Source: Perkinsus olseni (lineage: Eukaryota). Taken from it: DNA of 64,000 nucleotides. Positions 10,886 to 23,658 of the stretch are shown here, in pieces. Both the position numbers and the translations under genes were made by a program. The notes under the pieces are model-generated. The model had not been told where the DNA came from and searched no databases. It worked only from the letters and a program-made list of their open reading frames with translations. Within the stretch, counting starts at the first letter, position 1; every line of letters begins with the position of its first letter. Location: contig JABANN010000033.1 in the NCBI GenBank assembly GCA_013115125.1, positions 1 through 64,000 of the forward strand, given 5' to 3'.

Positions 10886-12824
10886 ATGTCGGACATTAGA
10901 ATCCAGCGGATGGGCGCCGTTGCCCCCCTGATTGTGATAATTTCGACGTTAGCCGCTCCTGCGGGGATCGGCGGTGGTATTCTATTTACGCCGGTCCTTC
11001 ATCTCATCGGAAAGCTTGATTCCAAAGAAGCATCAGCCACCAGTCAGGCGCTCATTGCCGCAGCCCAAGTTGCTAGTGTAGTAAGGGAAGGCGGTACGGG
11101 TGGGGATAGTGCTGAGTGAGAGTTGGAAGACTTGCTACAGTTTGGGCCGGGAGCACTTGGTTTTGTGTCAGTGCGTTATCAACTTCTGGACGCAGTGGGA
11201 AGAGCCGAGAAAGCCTCTCATCATCCTCCCTTACGTCATCATCATGCTGCCCTGCATCGTCGCCGGGGCCGTGATCGGTGTCTACTTGAACCAGATCCTT
11301 CCGCAGCTGATTATCCTCATTCTCTACGTCGTTGTCTCGGCATTCTCTACCGTCAAGACCACACGCAAGGGTATTAAGCAGTACAAGGCCGAAAGCGCAG
11401 CAAGGAGGCGCCGAAGGAACCATGAGTTGCAGCCGTCACCAAACCAGGAAGGCGCAGTGAAGTTGGAGGACGCAAACGAGGAAAAAGCGGACCCATTCTT
11501 GGTGATGCCTTCGAGGAGAGCGTTGGCCCTGTATTGGACCACAGCTTTCCTCATTTGGGTGCTTTGCCTTATATTCCCCCTGCTACGAGGATCTGAGACG
11601 GCCGAAAGTAATATTTTTAATCGTCCGGGCCTGTAGGGCATACAAGTTGAACTAGCAAACGCGTCTTACAGGACGCCAGGACACCTACTCGTGACCTCGA
11701 CTACTAGGGATTCCCTAGTGGTCATCACATTTTAGTCACTGTTCTGTCATTTCTGGCTATCACTAGTCCTGAAGCGCGCTCGTTGAAGTCGGCTTCCCCA
11801 TCAAGGCGTAGAAATAGACGTCGTTCATCCGCGCCATACCGTTTGTTGGTCCATTCGGCTGAATAGTCCTTGTGATTCGCTAGTAGCGAAACAACTTTCC
11901 GACTGTCACCTACCGGTTACGAAACCTTCCTTGTAGAGCCATCGTCCTGTGGAGTAGACCGGGTGCTCAATAGACCTCTCCTGAGTTCGAATAGGGATCC
12001 CAGGATGGTCCTTCCGACGTTAAGTTCAATCCTGGCAACTAGCCTGAAAATGAGGAGAGGTCTATTGAACACCCTTGAAGTTTCGGATGGTAGCAGCTCT
12101 CATAGAAAGTGAAGTGAGACCGAGAGTGCGCAGACGAAATTGCTTGCAGGTATAGCATCAGTGCCTTACTGCGGCGGAGTCTACTGGTTCCTGGCCGCCC
12201 TCGAGTTTGCGGTACTCATAGGAATATCATCGGGTTTCATCTTTGTCAAACGGAAGGTCTGCCGTGTCGTGCAGTGCTGCATCCTAGAGGTGGAGATCAT
12301 ATGTAAGATGATCATACCAGTTGGATCCGCTGACGGAGTAGTCTCTCAGTTACTGGTATCATCGCCTCGATGGTCGGCATCGGCGGTGGCATTCTTATGA
12401 ACCCCATAATTCTAGATTTTGGCTTGAACCCGCAGCAGGGGACCGCGACCAATGCCATCAACATCTTCGCTATGAGCACCAGTATGATCGAGCACGATGA
12501 TCTCTTCGCTCTCCGCCCTCTCGCTGAGAAGTTGGGGGGTCGTATTGTTATATTTCAGGTACAGCGTTATCATATGGGATGAGCGGTTACTTCCCCGGTG
12601 GTGATGATATGTGTATCGTAGTGCTGCCCTTCGTTGGAGGTATCGTGGGCAAGCTCGTCCTGAAGAAGATCGTCGCTAAGACTGGGAGAATGAGCGTCTT
12701 GGTGTTCCTTCTCGCTGGTATCACCTGCGCGGGCTGCGTCATTGTACTTGTCACTGGTATTATAAGCAATATCCGTGACGCTGCGAACGGTATTGATATA
12801 ATGCAAATAGGTCACGTTTGTTGA
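10886..12824 (+). CDS. TauE/SafE family transporter, copy 5, spliced, with long intron 2
   Basis: PAGIGGGILFTP and VGIGGGILMNP motifs; intron 2 is 11608-12149. Confidence 0.85.
11961..12074. repeat. 114-bp foldback element with 22-bp terminal inverted repeats (MITE-like or RNA hairpin), inside TauE copy 5 intron
   Basis: gggtgctcaatagacctctcct (11961-11982) pairs with aggagaggtctattgaacaccc (12053-12074) with 1 mismatch; inner stem ccaggat/atcctgg. Confidence 0.8.
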
Positions 12825-13826
12825 TAACTTGGTTCATAAGTAAGCGGCTCTAGTGGAACCACGGGTTGTACTGCTGCCCGTGGAAACTATTTGCTCTAAG
12901 CTTTCTATGTAGAGTCTCACTATCACAATTCAGTAGTGCTTTCTTCTTTCCTTTCTATGATGGAGTTTCCCATCACTTGAAACGTGTATATGCTGTCAAG
13001 GCTGTTATCGGCAATTGACGTGTTTGTGCACGATATTATTCGTAGTCTCCAACGTTTCCTTTGGTGCTCTGGGTTCGACACTAGTGTCACTGTGACAACC
13101 TGCGTACTCCCTCGCAGATACAATACGGCTAAGATAGCCTCACTGAACGTTCCATCCTCCCAGTGACGGTTTCGGCGTAGACACTGCTAGTATCATACTA
13201 CTAGCCCAAACGTCCCAGAAATACGCTCGATCCAGATGAAAGAGACTAGAAGAGGTATCACTGAGTAATTGTACATTGGACACTTTAGAATCTCGTGCGT
13301 GAGACACGCCTCATGAGATACAGTGTATTTGATACGCGACTCACTAGGCAAGTCGGATCCAGTCGACGTCATTTGTTTCGAACAAATTGTTCAACCGAAA
13401 CTTCCAATTCTATATTTCGAGTACGCATGTGGCATACGGCAACGAGATGAGGCCCACCAAACCATGACTTAAGGCCCATAAGCAGCGCCAGGCATTGATC
13501 GAAGCCTTCGGCGGAACTTCCGCCGCGGAAGTTTACGGGTGTATAATGATTGGTACACATAAATCTCGTTCACAGGAAACTCGAACAAGTCTGGGGAAGT
13601 CATTATTTCGTACACTATGAGCTGGTACGCTGAAGTTCATCCCACTTATATCTCGGACACTGAAAACTCGAAGAGTTTAACACGAATTGAGCTAATTTCC
13701 TGCCAGATGAATCCGTCGATACCCGACCAGAGGGATCGCCGATGTATCATACAGCAATGTGAGGCGCGGCGCCAATCGAGTGGTATGGATGTTCTCCGAA
13801 TCCAGCGCTCCGTGACGCTACATAGC

Positions 13827-13898
13827 AGCTATTTGGTGTAGTGGTATGTGCCTCCTCCTACACGCGCGAGGTCGCAGGTTCAAATCCGAAAACAGGAT
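13827..13898 (+). pseudogene. Degenerate tRNA-Val(TAC)-like sequence (tRNA pseudogene or SINE head)
   Basis: A-box TGGTGTAGTGG, loop ..TACAC, variable region AGGTC and B-box GGTTCAAATCC at tRNA spacing; acceptor, anticodon and T stems pair poorly. Confidence 0.65.
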
Positions 13899-14318
13899 AT
13901 CTGACTGAACACCGCGAGTGAGGCCAGAGCAATGTGTGTACGGTAAATCAACGTACGAGATATCAATAGTCCAGTGCCCGAATGCTTGTTATCCGATCAA
14001 TGGTCGAGGCATTGGTGCTGTCCATGTCTTATCATAAGTCTCTCATGATAGTGTCACACCGTTAGTGTGGTTGAGTTGGTAAATGAAGTTCATGGTGAGC
14101 TGTTCACCATCGTTAGACATCTCCCTACCTAGGATTAAAAAGAATCTGATAGCATGAGCGCCACAGTACTGCGTAATTCGCCACTCATCTTGTAGTACCG
14201 CGTCTCTGAACGCATGAACAGCGACGACTGAACACGAGAAACATCCCGACTGACTGTTCCCCAGTAACACGACTATTCATCTCGGTAGATCTTGATGAAG
14301 CATTTCTATTGTTGATTA

Positions 14319-17300
14319 CTAGAAACAATAGTCTTCGGCATTGTTGACCGGGGAGGCAGGGTCTCCTCGGTAGCAATGCCAGTCCAACCGGCTTCGTGGA
14401 ACGCCACTTTCCTGGTGTGAAGATGTCGTAACCAGACTTGCTGTCGTCCCTGCAGAGGTGTTCCCAAAATCACGAGTCGAAATCACGTGCCCCGTCGCTC
14501 CACCCCTGAGAGCCTGTACCCGGCAAATGCTGCCTCGATCGATTCGGCAAAACCGCCGGAGCGCACCAAGTAACGCCGATACTATCAGCCCGATAGTCCT
14601 GATGAGTCTTACCCAATCCGTGATCGGCCGTAAGCACTTCGGCAACGACTCGAGCGCCGTCATGCGGATCTTCTCTAGATCTTCCGCACTACGAACAGCT
14701 TCAGTATAGTCCAGAATGCTCCGGACCAGACTGCCTCCGGCCGGCCCGGTCATCTTCGGATCGTATCTGGATTGTCAATTGGCGAACACGAGCTTGTTGG
14801 CTCAGAGCCCCTCACCCTCCTTCAGCACAGCATAATACTTTGCCGTGGTCGAGGCAGGAGGCGACGTAGGGGTATAGCCATCCGAACCTGACGACCTGTC
14901 AGTGACGTCAGTGATGAGAGGTGTATTCTCTCCGACAAAGTGGCTGCCACATTTGGCAGTCTCCTCACCATTCGGGCGACAGACGGCAGTCCATACCAGG
15001 ACCCTGATACTTGAATTGTGACTGGGAGTGATCGAGAGCGTCGAAACCACAGAGCAGCAACTGAGCGATGATGCCTCGAAAGCTTGATTGCAAGATTGTG
15101 TCCTACGAGAATGTCCGGCTTCCACTGCTCCAGGACTGGGCGGGTGATCTGGGTCACCACGTCAGTGTACTCCCGATCTCCATCACCCTCCCGCATCTCG
15201 AAATTGAGGTTCATTCCCCTCGCGCCCGAGGCTTGCCGACCTGCTTGGATCTCAGTGGGAGCCAATCTGTTGCGTGGCTCACCAAGGTCCGTATGGGCGC
15301 CTGTGCCCGGCATAATGATGCCGCCGTCCCGCGATTTGCCCCACCGATGGATCGACATGTGCAACACGTCAGCGTCTCGATAGAAAGCCGACTCATTCCC
15401 ATTACCGTGGTGGACCTGATAGTCTCGACCCGGTTAGCATTCCCAAGGGTGGATCCAACGCCTCACATCGACGTCTAGTATGGCGAATCTCAACCTACGC
15501 CCCTCGTTCATCGCTGCTGCTTGAGCCACCTTGACAGCATAGGCCACCGCGTTGACGAAGCAAAAGCCCAGGGACAACTGTAAGAGAAGAAGGGAAGTTG
15601 ATCTTGAGAAGCCCCAGATCTTGAGACCACCTCGTCTCCCGGTTTAATATTCATCGCGGAAGCCATCAAGGGGGCGTTCTCGGACATTTCCGAAAGGGCG
15701 GCATCAGACTCCATGGCGTCATCATCCAGCTCTGAGCTCGCTAGATTCATCCCGGGAATCACTGCCGGAGAAAACTGAGGGCTTCATGGGGCTCGTCGAA
15801 ACTTGCCTGATTCGTCTACGGAGCTCTCCATGAACGAAGAGACGAAGGCCCTCATTTCGTCGGCCTCCTGTGGTTTGATGAGCCCTGGTGTCTCAAGGCA
15901 AATGGGGCAGTACCTAGACTTACACCGCAGTCGGACCATCGGTTTGGAGGTAACAATAACAGCGTCGGAATCCCCACACGGATTGTTGGTGCGAAGATGC
16001 ACGTCAATGAGCCGCGGTTGATAGTTGCCGTACCAGTTCCGAGACATAAACTCCGTCTTTTTGAGGATGGACTTAGGTAGCGGGTCGGGGAGGCAGTAAA
16101 CATGCCAGCTCTTATTGCACCCTTCCCGATCACAGTTGAGCATGTAATCATTATCAGCTTGCTCCCGACACTCCTCGCATCTAACACCCAATCGGAGTCG
16201 CGTTCTCGCTGCTACTCGGGGTAGCCTACACTCCGGCGATGGATATCCCTTCAGCAGTTCTGGCGCCCTTGTTCTGCGGCGAGTTCATAAATTTCACCGC
16301 AGGCGAGTCTATGGCGTTCAACTCCGGCATTTCCTACATCGACTGTGCCGTGGGCGTTCCTGGTGGAGAATTCTCACATCTTCGAGATGGATATCTTCCG
16401 ATTTTACACGATATGGTACATGATGGCAAGCCGGTCGAGCCAAGACGAATGCAGTAGGAGCGCTGCCGGAGAGAACCTGACTGGCTGAAATCTCTTCCTC
16501 CCGAAAACGGTAAAACAGCCCTCACCGCCACAAGCGCGTCTCGCATCATCCCACAGCGGAGCAGGGCGGCCTTGAGAGTGTAAGGATCCATGCAGCATTC
16601 CCCAGGCCATAGGGTCAGTGCTCTGCCGACCAGTCGAGCGCAACGCTTAGAGCACAGATCCACAACCTATGGGTTTTAGAAACAACCATGCTATTTGCAC
16701 ATAAGGCTGAACCCTCTGGCTGTCCTACTGGAAGCTCGCTGTCGGGTATCTCCTCCAGAGGCTTGTCCTTCAGCTCCACTTGTTGTTGTAAATAATTATC
16801 AAGAGAAACCAAATCGAGAAGATAGCGTTTAGAGTGAATGTTAGTAACGAGGACCTGTACGGAGAATAACGCATTCCCCTCGCCTCAGAGAGGGTAGGCT
16901 CACATCGGAGATGGTTACGGCACTGGAGACGCTGTCGGCCCAGGCACAGGAGTCCCATAAGGAATCCTTACAGTCCGGAACGATATAGCGTTTCCGAGTC
17001 TGCAACACCCGTTTGATGCTGCGTACCCATCTGAGTTACGATTGGTGTGGTATGGCCAGCAGGTAGCACAACAGAGCTACTACCTGCCATGCTTGTCCTG
17101 AGCACCGCCGTTATGCTTGATGAATAACGGATTATACAACAACAAGGGTCTGTCAATCGGACCATCACTGACCAGGTCGTAAACAGATCTGAAGAGGTAT
17201 AGTAAATTCTCACAGCACCAAGGCAATAACGGAGTACTTGGCCGGGAGATCATCACGATCTACCCACTGGCCAGCTCTGGGCACACGCTCTGTGGTTGAC

Positions 17301-18688
17301 AGCTTCCGCAGCACCTGTGCCACTGGAATACTTGAAATGGTAAAAGGAAGCGCCTCACCTTAGGCCTAGCTATCGGCGGTGACCTCAGCCGCCGCTTTCG
17401 TGTCGTAGTCGTCTCCTCTCCAGATGCCGAGGATGAGCTCGACGATGGACTGAGCGTATTCAACAGTGAGCCTCCACGCAGCATGCCGTAGGCACCTTGA
17501 GGGGTAACCTCCAATCTTCCGGTCGGCCACTCGGCGATCCTGCTGGGTAAGGTCCGGGGCCTGGCTCCGGATGATGATGCGTCGTACAGCACTGACGGAG
17601 CAATGCTCGCTCTCACCGTCCTCATAGCGAATGAAGAATCCCAATCGAGGCCCGTACCTAGTGTACAGGATACTGCACTCTCAACCGCGTCCTAGTGCTA
17701 CCATCTGAGGACCTTTCCATACACGGGAGTGCCGCTGAAGGTCCGCCTGACGTAACGGCCGATGAGGGAGCGGGGATCGGATGGATCGGAAACCGACTCC
17801 TTCCAAAACTGCGGTTTGGACGGCCTACAAGAACCAAGAGGGAAGTGGGATGCCGCCGGGTAAGCTCGCTGTACTTGCTGTCGACTGCCGATTTCTCATG
17901 GTCCTTATGGCCTTCCACTAGCTGCTGAAGGTTCCGTTCGCGGACCAGTACCCGCTTGTCCGTGGATCCTTGCAGGCGTACTATCCATCTGACCGCCGAG
18001 AAGCCTAGTCCAGACCCCCGACGCCATCCAGGAAGCGTGATTTATCATCCAGCTCTCAATGGGATTCGATATACGATGGTAGTAGAATATACCGACCCTA
18101 CAGGGACAGCCCCCCCTACCGCGGTACAACATACCTTTCATTGTCCATGTGCCACTTCTCTACTGTACACTGTACACCATTATACTCGCTGTGTCTCACT
18201 AGGCCTGTGATCCGAGCCTTGCATCCTTGAGAAGAAGCACCTCAGTATCATCTAGTAGTGCTTGTGATGATGATGATCAAACCTTGGTGGATTTCCGTAT
18301 CTCCCGCACTAGATGCAGTGGACTCAGTTTGCGGGCCCATGAGCTGCAAGTTCCTGGAGTGCAGTCTGATTCGTTGCGGTTCTCCCTCAGGGAGGCTACC
18401 TGAACTCACCGGACTACCACCTCGACGACGACATCACGAATACCACCTCGATGCGGATGTAGCTCCTTCAAAGTGAATACGACATACCCGTCCTCTTGCA
18501 CCTAGACTTCGGCAGTATCACCCCTTGTGGTGTGGCCACCGCCCTACCTCGTCGACAAGCCCTATGCGACCGTTCAGCCAGGCATTCCGCTGGTGGTTGA
18601 GGTTGCGAATCCTGGCCTGAGCCCCCGCTACGATCTCCCCAGTCATCACAGGTAGTAGCGGCCAACTGAATTCCCCTTCCGTTATCAT
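14319..18688 (-). CDS. Histone deacetylase family protein: two SH3/KOW-like repeats, Tudor-like domain, HDAC domain with inserted PHD finger; multi-exon
   Basis: Manual splicing gives RPACHHV, GFCFVNAVA, AILDVDVHHGNG, SIHR, GFDAL and EGGYDP. PHD: CEEC..MLNCDREGCNKSWHVYCL..W..C..C. Tudor-like: LIGRYVRRTF..YGKV..FFIRYEDGESEH. Both termini are approximate. Confidence 0.8.
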
Positions 18689-18843
18689 CCCTGTTTATAC
18701 GTACAACACAACAAGTACAATGGAATTCACCGCAACGGTTATACCCTTCCAATCAGCGGCAGATGGTGGCTCTTTGGACGAAACCAGACATCGCAGGCAA
18801 CTGGCTTTGGTGGCACCGTAGATGGTTACGGCATTACCACTGT

Positions 18844-19417
18844 TTAGCTCTGAGCGATGGTGACCTCGACATCTACACCGGGCTCGATGAAGATGGAAGT
18901 GATATCCTTCACAACCTTAGGGGTGGCCTGGAGGTCGATGAAGCGCTTGTGGATGCGCATCTCGAACCTGATACAGCGAAGTTGAACCAGGAACGAGAAA
19001 GACAAACCCGCCAAAGCGACTCCCAATGAGGGTACAGCTCGACAATGGCTGTGATTACCCTCTGTATTATTACCTGTCCCAAGTGTTAGTACCCTCGCCA
19101 TTGGGGGACTTACGGGTGGTGATCTTGAGGACCTTGGTGGGCATGCGGACGGGGCCAGCAACAGTAAGCTCGTTCTCGTGGGCACCAGCCATCAACTCGG
19201 AGCAGACTGAATAAGGATAACGACGATGACGAATAATACACATACCCCACACAAGAGCTAACTAACCGGCTAGCATCGTAATGAGCACGCCCGTATTATC
19301 ATTACCCTTCTCTAAAGCCTTAACGTTCCTGGAGGTGAGAGTGATACGGATGTGGTGGAGGGGCTCCTCGACGGGAACCTCCTCGAAACCTTTCTGGGCG
19401 CTCTTGGGAGATGCCAT
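18844..19417 (-). CDS. RPS20: 40S ribosomal protein S20 (uS10), 3 coding exons
   Basis: [17 protein letters not shown] / [28 protein letters not shown] / [24 protein letters not shown]. Confidence 0.97.
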
Positions 19418-19960
19418 GCTGAAGGGAAGACAGTCAGGTAAGGCTCAGAGTTCGACGCTCGAAACGCGCGAATCGCGACGGGAAATGGCCGATAACGACA
19501 CCGACTACACCGGCAACACAACATGACCCCCAACGACGACTAGGTCAGCGTAAAGACGTTCCATCAGGCCCTAAGTATTACCTCAGCTGAGTGGGAAGGG
19601 GAGTTGCGTAAAATCAGTTCTGCATGAAGGGAGCCCAGCGCGCTGCGCCATTTTGATCGATTTCGACCCAATTCGCTAATTGAAGCGCTCGCCCTACCGA
19701 GAGATCTTATTTTGCATGTTGCGCTGTGGTAAACTAAAGTCGATGTAGAATTGCGAGGCTTATGGTTTGGACTGCTCACACGCACACATTTATGAGCTGC
19801 GAGGTGCCCCGAGTTCGCCTGTTGCCATTAGTAACTGTTACCAACGCAAAAAGTTGATAGACTTCCAGCGAGAAAAAATGTGAGGTCGACAACCATCGAT
19901 GACCGCAGTGATGTCATTTCACTCATCATCATAACACAGGACATCACTAGCTCTCGTCAT

Positions 19961-22900
19961 TCACAGAAGGGCGTCCACATCGTCGGCGAACCTCGATTGA
20001 TATCCGCGCTTCACGTTCCCCTTAGCCTTGGCCTTGGCGCCTCTATTGGCGGGGTCCTTAACTTTGTAGATGCGGACGATCCAGTTCTCCGAGGTGAAAA
20101 CCTCGTCGAAGTACTTGGGTTTGACATTGGGGACACCTAGAATAACATTGAGGAAGGCACTCCGAGATTCCGTATCGTAATAAGTACCGATCTGTTGCCC
20201 TCTGGCAGCATCATAGCCCCTCGACACCTCAGCAGCGCGATGGTAGCACAACTTGTACATGACGGAGCTCTTCATCCTGGGCGTCGCCGCTTGATCTACT
20301 CGGTATCTGGAGAGAAGCAACTGGCTACGCCGTAGACTGTTGAAGCAAACGGCCACTACCCATTGGGACCGATGAAGTCAGACTCTTGAACGAGGTTGGG
20401 ATAGACTCCGGCGCCAATGCGGATCGGCCAGAGGAACTTATTGATATCATCACCGGAATATTGGGAGACTCCGCCATACAGCACCTAAGGGCGTAGATCA
20501 GGGTGGGGGTTTTGAGGCGGCCTACCAGGACATAGTCCACGTCAAGGCGTCTAAGAATCGGCAGCGCGTTCTCTTCGGTGGAGGCCAAGACCAAGCCAAC
20601 GGTGGCGATGTGCGTGTTGTTCCACGTGTTGTTATCCACTAGGACCTGTGAGAGAAAACCCGTCCACTATAGTGACGCGAAGTGATGGAACATACTGTGC
20701 GGTTGCCCATGACGGTGATCTGGTATCCGTAGTCCCACCAGCTGAGGATTTTGCTGTCTTGTGGGGTATTCATACGCAGCCAATAGTAGGCCTCTCTAAA
20801 GTCATCCTGTATCAGACGACTGCCATCACGCAGTTGATCTGACACGAGTAGAACTCAACGACTTGCTACCTGTGCACAGAATGGACTCACAGGACATAAC
20901 GATACTGGGGGAACTGTAGGCCATGGAGGAAGTGAACACACAATGCTTGATGTAGTTGGTGCATTGGTAACCAAGGACGCCCAGAATTGCCAGCGCCACG
21001 AAACGGGGCATCTGAGATCCCAGTGCGGTCCGAGGAGAGTCCTATCTTGATATCCTTACATAGGGCAGCTTGGTCCCCTTCTTAGCCCCAGGGCCCTCAA
21101 CATGGTCACTGAAGGCGCGCATGTACCTGTTGGGAAGGGCAGTAAGCACGTGTTAGGTGATGACTGGAAGTAGCAGCTTACGGCATGACCGAAGAGGCAA
21201 CGACGGAAGCTCCTACGCCGGCAAGGCACGAGGCGGCCGGGGCTAGAACCTGAGGATGGGTGGAGGATGGAGAGGAAGATACCGATCAAAGTACTCACCA
21301 GCAGGAGACGGATCATGACACCCGAGAAGTAGACTGCCAGTATGCCGTAGACGCCCAGGAAAAGGGAGCCGTCGGACAAGCGTCTCATGCAGTAGTACCT
21401 GATGACGACGAGTGTCACTAAGGAGCTGATACGAGCGGGCTTACATGCCGATAGGGGCCAAGAATGGCAGGCAGTGAAGGTCCATGACGTAGTTCGACCA
21501 GGAGGTTGGCTGATGCTCCGATACCGACGCTATAATGGGGATGTACCTGCGGTCGGACGGGTAAGCTCTCCCCTGCGTTCGTGCTGGAAGTCCCCTACTT
21601 GGACGCATAAGTGGGATCCAGTAGGGTCATGCTCCTTCCAGACCAAGCAGTCTCTGAATGGATACACTTGACGGACTACTATTGGTAGAAGAGACACTTA
21701 CTGCCAGTGAGGGTGAGGTAGACGAAGAGGCCGAGGAACCCCAAGGCCGTGGCTGCAACCATCAACTTGCCCATAACCTGACACGACAGGTGCATCGGCT
21801 CCGTGCAGCAAGAGCGACTTATAGTACAGCAAAGGCTCCCTCTGGCAGGACCTTCCTCAGATACCCTACCAGCATGTACCTGAAAAGTCGGGAATAGTAA
21901 ACGGCACCGAGGACCCAAAGTAAAATACACAGAGCTGACGAGGAACATGCCGTGGGAAGCCATGTGCTCGCTGGACGTGATGGCCTGGAAGTTGACGAAG
22001 GGGATGTTGAGACAGAACATGGTGCCAATTATGTAGAAGACGGTATACCTAATGGTGATGAAGACCATACCCCAGGAAGAGTCGGAGCGGGCTGCGCCAT
22101 GGGCTACGCTAGGGCGACTATAACCGACGAGGAGCACGCCTCGGTTGCCACTAGGCAGCTCATAGATACGTGCTTGAAGCGACTATCATTTTCTCTGGCT
22201 GCAGAGATAAAATCTGCGACACCCGTATTGAGCGTTGCGTTTATCTCTCTGTAACTCCTTACGCGACGTAATGTCTCTTGTTGAACTTCCCCAGGACCAA
22301 TAAAGCGAACACATAGATTGATACTGTATTGGTAATGAAGACGTACCCACCCCAAGACGCTACCATATAGAAATACCTGGCGGACAAACACATGATTTGA
22401 GCGAGGAGTGGTAGGGAGACCAATATCCAACTTACGCCACGGCTGCCAGCATCGACCAAAGCATACTTCCAGTGTTGACAGCTTTCACAAAAACCTGAGG
22501 AATCCGCCGGTGTCAGCGGAGCGATGCAGATTACGAAAACATACGTAAAATGTGTTGGTGAGGGCGAAGATGGCCACTGCCTCGTTATCGTAGGACCCCG
22601 CCACGGACCGAGAGAGGTATGACGGACAGATACCCAGGAATAACGCGCTGAACAGTCCCGCTTCCGGGCGTCCTACGACAGGAGAAGCTGCCGCCGCTGC
22701 TGCTGACTAGCGGCCACACTGAGGGAAGACGGCTTACCAGTAACTTCCTTGGTGAGGAGGAAGGCTGCGATCGCAGTGAACGCCGAGAAGACCGGGGCCA
22801 TGAACACACACACGTTACGCACGTTGACGCATATACCAAAAAAGTTGAGTATCTAGCTCATGGCAAAGCATACGGTTCATGAGCATTTGGCCAGTAGCCC

Positions 22901-23424
22901 TCCCTGTTTACCCCATGGAAGACCGCAGATGTAGTCATCAGGCCCGGATACAGGGTCTGACCAATAACACGGCCAAGGGGGTACCTGAACGAAGATGACG
23001 AGCAGGCCTCGGGACAGCGTGGAAGCTCACCAGCTGCCGTTATCAAACCAATTCCAAAACTCATAAAAGCCCTCGCGGCTGAGGTACTCGGTGGTACGGT
23101 AGTTGAAGTAGGGGTCGAATTCGTGGATGACAGACTCGTACCTGCGACGGGATCTCCAGCTCGGCGAGCACAGGCGTGAACGGACTTACCGAATCACAGC
23201 GAAGAGACGGATAAAAAAGCAGACCGTGCAGATGAGGGCCAGTATCTGGACGACAAGGCACATGACCGACTCACAATAACCTTCACAATGCCTACAACTT
23301 TCTCCATCACTGGAGACCATCTGCGGCCAGTCTTCTGGATCGTTCTAGTTGCCTCGTTCTTGAGTACTGCATCAAGGATCACATCGACCTCATTGGTAGA
23401 GATCTGGTCTGCCGCAGTGGACAT
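19961..23424 (-). CDS. STT3: Oligosaccharyltransferase catalytic subunit STT3, multi-exon
   Basis: [65 protein letters not shown]. Confidence 0.96.
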
Positions 23425-23658
23425 CGCTAAGTCGCCCACAACAATGGAGAAAGCCACTACAAGAGGGCCACTCAGACGCTACGATTAAGCGACGTTAACG
23501 AAATGACGATTACACGCAAAATGAAACTGATGCTTCGGAGCTCATCTACTACCAGTCTGGCGAGTCAACCAAAACCAGTGGGAGCTTTATACATGTAGAA
23601 GATCATAGCAGGCTGCCCTCACCGAGCCCTCGCTGTCCACGCGTAGCGGCGATCCCGA

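Noticed and set aside
22049-22262. Longer STT3 intron as a possible H/ACA snoRNA host
   Set aside because: One weak hairpin only; no convincing two-hairpin H/ACA layout.
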